DNA of 24,000 bases from Syntrophomonadaceae bacterium (GTDB lineage Bacteria > Bacillota > Syntrophomonadia > Syntrophomonadales > Syntrophomonadaceae), in NCBI GenBank assembly GCA_034927445.1, contig JAYFPZ010000003.1, positions 128,974 through 152,973 of the forward strand, in the 5' to 3' direction. Below the pieces are notes generated by a model. It ran no database searches. It saw nothing but the letters and a program-made list of their open reading frames with translations, and had not been told where the DNA came from. Shown one piece after another: positions 7,990 through 14,613 of this stretch. Numbering within the stretch: the stretch's first letter is position 1; every line of letters starts with the position of its first letter. Made by a program: the position numbers and the translations under genes.

Positions 7990-8892
7990 TTAGGAGGTCC
8001 GGCAGAGGGTAAAGCGGGCCAGATCCCGCAGGAAATCCGCTTCCGCCGCAAAGACGCTCAAGCTGTCCAAACAGGCTTCGACACTCTGTTCCGCTTTGCT
8101 TCTGGCGCCCGCCAACCCGTAAAGGCTGGTATAGGTGGTGCGGACGTTCTTAGCGTCGCTGCCCACCGGTTTCCCAATCAAAGCCTGATCTCCGCAGACA
8201 TCAAGGATGTCGTCAGTTATCTGAAAAGCCAGTCCAAAGTGACGGGCATACCGGGTCAAAGCCTCCAGACCCTGGTCATTGAGCTTGCTTAGAATTGCCC
8301 CTATCCGTAATGATGCCTTGAAGAGCTCCCCGGTTTTCAAGCCATGCAGAATACTCAGGTCGAATGATTCCCCCTGGTTTTCACTGGCCAGGTCCATTAC
8401 CTGGCCGCCTACCATGCCCTGGCTGCCGGCGGCCTGAGCCACTTCGCGAATAACCCTGATTACATCCCGGGGGTCAAGTCCATCAATATCGGCATTATGA
8501 GCCATTAATTCAAATGCCGCGGTTAACAGGGCATCGCCGGTAAGAATGGCATTGGCCTCCCCAAATACGCGATGGCAGGTCGGTTTGCCCCGTCGGAAGT
8601 CATCATCATCCATGGCCGGAAGATCGTCATGAACCAAGGAATAGCAATGAATCATTTCCATAGCACAGGCGGTGGGCATCACCTTCAGCGCGTCTCCCCC
8701 GGCGATAGCTGTACCTTCCAGTACTAGTATGGGGCGCAGCCGCTTCCCCCCGTTCATAACCGCATAGTTCATGGCCTGGTGTATCGGCGGCGGGTTGACC
8801 GGAAGTCCCTTCAAATAGGTTCCCAGCTGTTCGTCTACGTACTCTTTGCGTTTCTTTAATTCATACAAAAAAACATCAAGGTTAAAACTCAT
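7990..8892 (-). CDS. ispA: Polyprenyl (farnesyl/geranylgeranyl) diphosphate synthase
   Basis: First Asp-rich motif LVHDDLPAMDDDDFRRGKP and second Asp-rich motif FQITDDILD. It sits in the conserved position after xseB. Confidence 0.9.
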   Translation of the reverse strand: MSFNLDVFLYELKKRKEYVDEQLGTYLKGLPVNPPPIHQAMNYAVMNGGKRLRPILVLEGTAIAGGDALKVMPTACAMEMIHCYSLVHDDLPAMDDDDFRRGKPTCHRVFGEANAILTGDALLTAAFELMAHNADIDGLDPRDVIRVIREVAQAAGSQGMVGGQVMDLASENQGESFDLSILHGLKTGELFKASLRIGAILSKLNDQGLEALTRYARHFGLAFQITDDILDVCGDQALIGKPVGSDAKNVRTTYTSLYGLAGARSKAEQSVEACLDSLSVFAAEADFLRDLARFTLCRTS

Positions 8893-8916
8893 GGCAAGTT
8901 CCCTTCTTTAAACTAT

Positions 8917-9138
8917 CTAAATATCAAGCTCCATCAGTTCCAATTCGCCGTTCAGGGTTTTAAGCAGTCTTTGCACCCGGCCGTCGGTCTTTTTCAGTTC
9001 CTGCTGGCAATACAATGAGAGTTTGACTCCTTCTTCAAAAAGAATCAGGCTGGTTTCAAGCGGCAACTCCCCAGATTCCAGCTGCTCCACGATATCTTCC
9101 AGTCTGGCCAGGGCTGAATCAAAACTAAGTTTGTCCAA
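8917..9138 (-). CDS. xseB: Exodeoxyribonuclease VII small subunit
   Basis: 73 aa. FDSALARLEDIVEQLESGELPLETSLILFEEGVKL is the typical XseB coiled-coil. It overlaps the xseA stop by 14 nt. Confidence 0.9.
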   Translation of the reverse strand: MDKLSFDSALARLEDIVEQLESGELPLETSLILFEEGVKLSLYCQQELKKTDGRVQRLLKTLNGELELMELDI

Positions 9139-10342
9139 TGGTAGTCATCTCCTTGCCCTTGATTAACAGTTGCAGTCGGCCATTGGCCAAATCTGCCTGC
9201 AGCTCGTCCCCAATTTCAATGTCACTGATATCTTTGATGATCTTCTTATCTTGGGAGAGAATTGCGTAACCCCTGCCCATTACCTTGAGGGGGCTCAAAT
9301 TGTCCAGCCCCGCGGCCGCCAAAGCCAGATGATGGTTTTTATCTTTTATTATCCCATCCATGGCATTTTTTAGTCTCTGTTCCAGCTCGGAGTGCAGATT
9401 TTGCTGCTTCCGCAGCAGCAGGCCCGGCTCCCGCCATACTTTTTTCATCATACAACGGTCCAGCCTTTCCTCCCGGCTGGCCAGGATACGCTGCATGAAT
9501 CGCATCATCCTGGTGTTCAAGCCGGCCAGTTCTTTATACAACAGGCTGTAATCAGGTACGGCCAGTTGGGCGGCCTGGGTCGGGGTGGCGGCCCGCAGGT
9601 CAGCGGCCAGATCGCTGAGACTATAGTCAACCTCATGCCCCACCCCTGAAATAATCGGGATGCGGGAATGATAAATGGCCTGAACCAGCTCCTCGCTGTT
9701 GAAAGCCATCAGATCTTCCAATGACCCTCCGCCTCGACCTACGATAATAATATCCACCTGGCCGTAATCATTCAGGGCTTGAACCGCCTGGGCCAACTCC
9801 CGGGGCGCCTCCGGCCCCTGGACGGAGCTGTGGGACAATATCACCTCTACTCCGGGATGGCGCTGCCTGATTACCCGCATTATATCATGTAGGGCGGCGC
9901 CGTCCTGGGAGGTAACTACTCCCACCCGGTGAACCAGGCGGGGAATCTCTTTTTTCCTTTCGGGAGCGAAATATCCCTCGGCAGCCAGGCGTGCCTTCAA
10001 TTGTTCCAGATAGAGATAGAGGCCGCCGGTCCCATAGAGCTGCATTTCTTCCACATAAACCTGGTATTTGCCCTGCCGGGCAAACACGGAAACGTAACCG
10101 CGCAGCAGCACTTCCATACCTTCCTCAGGCTTAAAGTTAAGCTGCTGTCCCCTGCTTCTGAACATGACACAGCTTACTGCGGCTTCTTCGTCTTTCAGGG
10201 TAAAATAGCTGTGCCCGGATTGCTGGTAAAACCGAAAACCGGATATTTCCCCTTTCAGCCAAAAATTCTGCAGGTGGGCGTCGTGGTCAAGCAGGCGGGT
10301 TATATATGTATTTAACATACCCACGGTAATATAGTCTTGCAC
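9125..10342 (-). CDS. xseA: Exodeoxyribonuclease VII large subunit
   Basis: 405 aa with an N-terminal OB fold (FWLKGEISGFRFYQQSGHSYFTLKDE), a catalytic core (VGVVTSQDGAALHDI, GRGGGSLEDL, PIISGVGHEVD) and a long C-terminal coiled coil. Confidence 0.9.
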   Translation of the reverse strand: MQDYITVGMLNTYITRLLDHDAHLQNFWLKGEISGFRFYQQSGHSYFTLKDEEAAVSCVMFRSRGQQLNFKPEEGMEVLLRGYVSVFARQGKYQVYVEEMQLYGTGGLYLYLEQLKARLAAEGYFAPERKKEIPRLVHRVGVVTSQDGAALHDIMRVIRQRHPGVEVILSHSSVQGPEAPRELAQAVQALNDYGQVDIIIVGRGGGSLEDLMAFNSEELVQAIYHSRIPIISGVGHEVDYSLSDLAADLRAATPTQAAQLAVPDYSLLYKELAGLNTRMMRFMQRILASREERLDRCMMKKVWREPGLLLRKQQNLHSELEQRLKNAMDGIIKDKNHHLALAAAGLDNLSPLKVMGRGYAILSQDKKIIKDISDIEIGDELQADLANGRLQLLIKGKEMTTIGQT

Positions 10343-10354
10343 CTGAAGTCCCTT

Positions 10355-11179
10355 CTATGCCTTACGGGCGGCCTGGCTGAGGTTGTCCATCAAGGCGGCG
10401 ATCAGCAGGGGGCCCATACCGCCGGGAACCGGCAAAAGATACCCCTCTATTCCTGCGACCGCCTCTTTGTCTACGTTGCCGCAGACATGATTTTCGTGCC
10501 AGTGAAACCCGGCATCAATCAGGAGTGCGCCCGCTTTAACCCCTTCCTGTTGCACTGCCAGGGGGGCGCCTTTTTCAATAACGGCTATATCCACATCGTT
10601 CATCATAGCTGATTGGTATTCGGGGGAGATTGTAACCCGGCACCCCTCTTTTATATACATTAACGCCAAGGGCTGGATTACATCAAAAGAATCACCTACC
10701 AGCAGGACCTTCTTGCCGGGCAGAGGACTCTGGTAGCGACGGCTGATATCCATACAAGCCAGGGCGGCACAACTGATGAAATAAGGTTTCGCACCCATTA
10801 GCAGGCCACGGTTGTAGGGATTGAATCCGTCCACATCTTTCTGCGGGGAGATGGCTTCCAGGAATTCTTCCCGGTAAGGTTCCAAACTCTCGGACAAGGG
10901 TAGTTGCAGCAAGATGCCATGGATATCCCGCTCCTCATTGCCAGCCTTAATTACGCTTAAAAGTTCTTCCCGGCTGGCGTCGGCAGCCAAATTGATAATA
11001 CGGGTACGCCCCCCGATTAATTCCACCGCCGTTTTTTTCAGACCTATGTACAGGGAATTCTCTTTATTATCACCTACGTCAATAACCATCAGACAGGGAG
11101 AAATGCCTGCGCTGGTATTTGCTTCTTTTAAATCGGCCTTAATTTGATCTGCAATATTTTTGCCGCTGATTATTTCCAT
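10355..11179 (-). CDS. folD: Methylenetetrahydrofolate dehydrogenase/cyclohydrolase homolog (divergent)
   Basis: N-terminal catalytic-domain motifs are present (SLYIGLKK, ILLQLPL, KDVDGFNPYN), as is C-terminal PVPGGMGP. It sits in the conserved nusB-folD-xseA position. Several NAD(P)-domain motifs are atypical (see findings). Confidence 0.75.
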   Translation of the reverse strand: MEIISGKNIADQIKADLKEANTSAGISPCLMVIDVGDNKENSLYIGLKKTAVELIGGRTRIINLAADASREELLSVIKAGNEERDIHGILLQLPLSESLEPYREEFLEAISPQKDVDGFNPYNRGLLMGAKPYFISCAALACMDISRRYQSPLPGKKVLLVGDSFDVIQPLALMYIKEGCRVTISPEYQSAMMNDVDIAVIEKGAPLAVQQEGVKAGALLIDAGFHWHENHVCGNVDKEAVAGIEGYLLPVPGGMGPLLIAALMDNLSQAARKA

Positions 11180-11269
11180 GCTTATACCTCACAAAATTTA
11201 TTTTGCCCGCACCTTATTGGTTGCCGGACATAAAAAAGGATGGCTGCAATGATACCATCAAATTTGTTT

Positions 11270-11680
11270 TTATTCTTCTTGGGGCTGCCTTTCTCTAATC
11301 CGGTCCAGAATAGCGTTGATGAAACCAACTGAAGCCGGTTCGCTGTAGCGCTTGGATATTTCAAGGGCTTCATCTATCGCCACTACAGATTGGGTGGCAT
11401 TCAGGTACATTATCTCGCAACTGGCCAGACGCAGCAGGTTGCGATCCACGGAAGACATTCTTTGCACCGACCAATCCTTGGAGAAATCACCGATAATGGA
11501 ATCGATAGCTTGCATATGAGCCACTGTGCCTTCGATCAAATCCCAAGCAAATTCCCTGTCCTTTTCCGGTAACGGGGTTTCCTGCTGCAGGTAGTTGAAG
11601 GCTTGGCGGGGGTCGGCGTTAACCTGGTCTACTTGAAACAAAACCTTGAAAGCAATTTCCCGCGCTTTGCGTCTGCTCAA
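11270..11680 (-). CDS. nusB: Transcription antitermination factor NusB
   Basis: MSRRKAREIAFKVLFQVD..., 136 aa, with a typical NusB N-terminus and length. Confidence 0.9.
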   Translation of the reverse strand: MSRRKAREIAFKVLFQVDQVNADPRQAFNYLQQETPLPEKDREFAWDLIEGTVAHMQAIDSIIGDFSKDWSVQRMSSVDRNLLRLASCEIMYLNATQSVVAIDEALEISKRYSEPASVGFINAILDRIRERQPQEE

Positions 11681-11704
11681 ATTGATCTCCCTTCCTTAAA
11701 TTCG

Positions 11705-11926
11705 CTATTTTTTAGGTCTAAAGAGGCTGTTCAGCCAGAACTCCAGGTTGGTGTTATTATCCAGTTGTTTGCCGATCTGATAACCGGCAAATATACAGAA
11801 GACTACGAAAATAGTCCGCCAAAAACCGAAACTTAGAAACAGGATGCTGGTTATCAGCCCCAAAGCGACACCAATAGTTTTTCCCCGGTGTTCAGTTAAT
11901 ATATAAGCTAATATTTTTTCAAACAT
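11705..11926 (-). CDS. Small integral membrane protein (DUF2273 family)
   Basis: 73 aa with two TM helices (GKTIGVALGLITSILFLSFGFWRTIFVVFCIFAGYQIG). It is the third gene of the asp23-amaP-DUF2273 trio seen in Firmicutes. Confidence 0.7.
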   Translation of the reverse strand: MFEKILAYILTEHRGKTIGVALGLITSILFLSFGFWRTIFVVFCIFAGYQIGKQLDNNTNLEFWLNSLFRPKK

Positions 11927-11934
11927 ACTGCCTC

Positions 11935-12489
11935 CTATCTGTTGCTGCCGGGGGTGAATTCATTAACCAACACCTTAATCTCAGCAACTTGAAGCCCTCC
12001 GGTTTTCTCCAGGTTCTCCCTGACGGCTTGCTGGAGCAATTGAGCAGTTTCGGGTACATTATGATCGGGATGAAACATAGCGTGAAGTTTGACTGTAACT
12101 CCGGCGGGATTGGGAATTACGGTCGGAACCAACTCCTTTACCCCTTCCACCTGACGGCCCGCTTTCATAATAATAGCTTTGGCCGCAGCGATGCTGACGG
12201 ATACTTCCCCCGCCATACCCTGCTCGATTACAACGGCATCTACGCGCGGTGAAGTCTTTAAGCCCCACATCAGCATAAAAAAGGCCACAATCGCCAGAGC
12301 AACACCTATCCCGCCCAGGATAAGCGTATGCAGCGGAGTCGAAGTAACCGCATGCAAATAATCCAGGGGGTATGTCCACCCTAGAGATATGGCAATTATG
12401 GCCGCAGCCAGCGCCAGCATCAAGAGGTTGTAGATAAATATAACCAAACGCCCTGCTAGTGGCACTTTTACCTCTCCTTTCCAAACCAT
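11935..12489 (-). CDS. amaP: Alkaline shock response membrane anchor protein AmaP-like
   Basis: 184 aa. It has an N-terminal TM pair (LVIFIYNLLMLALAAAIIAISLGW; ILGGIGVALAIVAFFMLMWGL) followed by a soluble domain. It lies directly downstream of asp23. Confidence 0.7.
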   Translation of the reverse strand: MVWKGEVKVPLAGRLVIFIYNLLMLALAAAIIAISLGWTYPLDYLHAVTSTPLHTLILGGIGVALAIVAFFMLMWGLKTSPRVDAVVIEQGMAGEVSVSIAAAKAIIMKAGRQVEGVKELVPTVIPNPAGVTVKLHAMFHPDHNVPETAQLLQQAVRENLEKTGGLQVAEIKVLVNEFTPGSNR

Positions 12490-12492
12490 ATA

Positions 12493-12522
12493 GATAACCC
12501 CCTGCTGACACAGGGGGTTATC
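12493..12522 (-). promoter_or_regulatory. Perfect 12-bp stem / 6-nt loop hairpin abutting the amaP start and containing its SD
   Basis: The minus-strand RNA reads GAUAACCCCCUG-ugucag-CAGGGGGUUAUC-uau-AUG. The 3' arm carries the only SD-like run (AGGGGG), 8 nt before ATG 12489. Confidence 0.6.
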
Positions 12523-12542
12523 ACCATACTCAATTCAAGAGA

Positions 12543-12950
12543 TTACTCTACCGGAATTTCCGATATCCCTTCAATATCCGGGGATGTTGCTTTCTTGGTC
12601 AAAACTGACACTACATGCACGTTTACGGCGGATACAGTCAACCCCGTCATAGATTCAACCGCCAGTTTAACTTCTTTCTGCACGTTTTCAGCAACTTTCG
12701 GTATAGCATAACCGTATTCAATTATTATAAATATATCAATAATGGTTTGTTCCCCAGAAGCATCAACTTTGATACCCTTGCCCAGATTTTTCTTGCCCAA
12801 TTTTTCTACCAGATCAGTTCCCCAGCCGCCACTCATAGAGGCGACGCCTTCAACTTCCACTGTAGCCAGACCGGCAACCGTAGAAACAACCTCATCTGCG
12901 ATTCTAATTACACCCAGATCATTAGGGATTTCCGGTTTAATATCATCCAT
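12543..12950 (-). CDS. asp23: Asp23/Gls24 family envelope stress response protein
   Basis: 135 aa. LGVIRIADEVVSTVAGLATVEVEGVASMSGG...VNVHV is the typical DUF322/Asp23 pattern. Confidence 0.9.
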   Translation of the reverse strand: MDDIKPEIPNDLGVIRIADEVVSTVAGLATVEVEGVASMSGGWGTDLVEKLGKKNLGKGIKVDASGEQTIIDIFIIIEYGYAIPKVAENVQKEVKLAVESMTGLTVSAVNVHVVSVLTKKATSPDIEGISEIPVE

Positions 12951-12987
12951 TTTTCCACCTCCGCTAAAATTATATTATTATGCTGTT

Positions 12988-13016
12988 ATTTTACCAGACC
13001 GTATTATCTTTAACAA
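12988..13016 (-). promoter_or_regulatory. Candidate sigma-A promoter for the asp23 operon
   Basis: On the minus strand: TTGTTA (13016-13011), a 17-nt spacer, then TAAAAT (12993-12988), about 38 nt upstream of ATG 12950. Confidence 0.4.
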
Positions 13017-13041
13017 TCTTTCTATATTCCCTTTGCTTGGA

Positions 13042-13260
13042 CTAGTACCCTGTTAACCCTAATTCTATATCTTCTTGTCGGTCAAATTTCCGCATGGCTC
13101 GTTGTCGTTAATCACAATACTTCCAGTATTATTACTCAATCCTCCGACGCCCACGGACGGGCTAGTGCAGCGATGCCAGGAGGGCAAGGAGCTGCCGCCT
13201 TGCCCTGCAAAAATCTGTCTCGACAAATAATATACAGACTTAGGATTTACAGGGTACTAG
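13042..13260. repeat. 219-bp element bounded by ~24-bp imperfect terminal inverted repeats (candidate MITE or structured RNA)
   Basis: CTAGTACCCTGT (13042-13053) is the exact reverse complement of ACAGGGTACTAG (13249-13260). Of the next 12 positions inward, 9 are exact complements and 1 further position is a G-U wobble (TAACCCTAATTC versus the reverse complement AAATCCTAAGTC). An internal GC hairpin AGGGCAAGG-8nt-CCTTGCCCT lies at 13180-13205. The right arm contains the accC stop codon. Confidence 0.5.
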
Positions 13261-14603
13261 ATATTGTTCATGCGTCTTTGAATGAAGTTGGTATAAACCT
13301 CTCCTTTTTGGAAGAACGCATTATCCAGGACTTTTTTATGGAACGGTATGGTGGTGGCGACATTGGTGACCGTAAATTCATCCAAAGCCCGTTTCATTCT
13401 GGCTATAGCTTCTTCGCGGTCTCTTCCCCATACAATCAGTTTGGCCACCATGGAATCATAAAACGGGGGAATGTTGTAGCCGGTATAAACACATGAATCT
13501 ACGCGAATTCCCGGTCCGCCCGGCGGGAGGTACATGGCTACCATCCCGGGTGAAGGGCGAAAATCATTGTCGGGATCTTCCGCATTAATCCTGCACTCAA
13601 TCGCACATCCGTTGATTTGGATATCCTCCTGGCGGTAACTGAGTTTTTCCCCGGCGGCTATGCGTATTTGTTCTTTGATTATGTCAATCCCGGTGACCAT
13701 TTCGGTAACCGGGTGCTCCACCTGTACCCGGGTGTTCATTTCAATAAAATAAAAATTTTTATGCTTGTCAACCAGGAATTCCACCGTACCCGCGCTCCAG
13801 TAGCCGGCCGCCCTGGCTGCCTTTACCGCCACCGCCCCCATCTGGGCTCTGAGTTCGGGATCAATAAAAGAGGAGGGTGATTCTTCCAGGAGTTTTTGAT
13901 GACGACGCTGCAGCGAGCAGTCTCTTTCCCCCAGGTGGATTATATTCCCGTATTCATCCCCCAAAATCTGTATCTCTATGTGCCGGGGCTCCTCTATGTA
14001 TTTTTCGATGTAAACTTCATCATTGCCAAATGCTGCCCCGGCCTCCATCCTGGCCATGCCCAGGGCTTCTCTGAGGGACGATTTGCTGTGGGCCAGACGC
14101 ATCCCGCGTCCTCCTCCTCCCGCCGAAGCCTTGATAATTACAGGATAGCCGATGGTATCAGCCAGCCCGACGGCTTCTTCCAGGCTTCCTGCCGCCCCGT
14201 CACTCCCGGGGACAACGGTTACCCCTACTGATTTAACCAGCTCTTTAGCTTTGACCTTATCCCCCATCAAATCAATTACCCGGGATGAAGGCCCAATGAA
14301 TTTTATCTTATTCGTCTCACACAACTCGGCAAAATATGCATTTTCAGCCAGAAACCCATAGCCGGGATGTATGGCTTCAGCTCCCGAATTCAACGCGGCC
14401 GATATGATATTGGAAATGTGCAGATAACTTTGATTAGCCGGTGCACCGCCAATACAAACTGCCTCGTCGGCCATTTTAACGTGCAAGTTCTCTTTATCCG
14501 CTTGCGAGTACACAGCCACCGTGGCAATGTTTAATTCCCGGCAGGCTCTGATAATCCGCAGGGCGATTTCACCCCGGTTGGCAATCAAGACCTTGGCAAA
14601 CAA
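13257..14603 (-). CDS. accC: Biotin carboxylase (AccC family; probably the A subunit of a two-subunit pyruvate carboxylase)
   Basis: 448 aa. MFAKVLIANRGEIALRIIRACRELNI, the ATP-grasp loop KASAGGGGRGMR, and EMNTRVQVEHPVTE. Confidence 0.9.
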   Translation of the reverse strand: MFAKVLIANRGEIALRIIRACRELNIATVAVYSQADKENLHVKMADEAVCIGGAPANQSYLHISNIISAALNSGAEAIHPGYGFLAENAYFAELCETNKIKFIGPSSRVIDLMGDKVKAKELVKSVGVTVVPGSDGAAGSLEEAVGLADTIGYPVIIKASAGGGGRGMRLAHSKSSLREALGMARMEAGAAFGNDEVYIEKYIEEPRHIEIQILGDEYGNIIHLGERDCSLQRRHQKLLEESPSSFIDPELRAQMGAVAVKAARAAGYWSAGTVEFLVDKHKNFYFIEMNTRVQVEHPVTEMVTGIDIIKEQIRIAAGEKLSYRQEDIQINGCAIECRINAEDPDNDFRPSPGMVAMYLPPGGPGIRVDSCVYTGYNIPPFYDSMVAKLIVWGRDREEAIARMKRALDEFTVTNVATTIPFHKKVLDNAFFQKGEVYTNFIQRRMNNI

Positions 14604-14613
14604 ACAACCACCC

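Noticed and set aside
11231-11259. Weak hairpin GATGG-N11-CCATC followed by CTTTTTT after nusB (minus strand)
   Set aside because: It has only a 5-bp stem with an 11-nt loop, which is too weak to call a terminator between nusB and folD.
12059-12511. 150-aa alternative-frame ORF over amaP, plus the many other short track ORFs embedded in other frames of, or antisense to, the called genes (e.g. 57..284, 312..557, 1976..2347, 3063..3338, 4120..4515, 9929..10315, 13896..14231, 16716..17147, 20997..21314)
   Set aside because: They overlap genes with strong family signatures. They also have low-complexity or Arg/Gly/Ser/Pro-rich composition typical of off-frame or reverse-frame translation of GC-rich coding DNA, and they lack SDs.
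13177-13207. GC-rich hairpin downstream of accC, considered as the accC terminator
   Set aside because: In the minus-strand (accC) sense the T-run precedes rather than follows the stem. On the plus strand it is followed by an A-run. It is treated instead as an internal feature of the inverted-repeat-bounded element.
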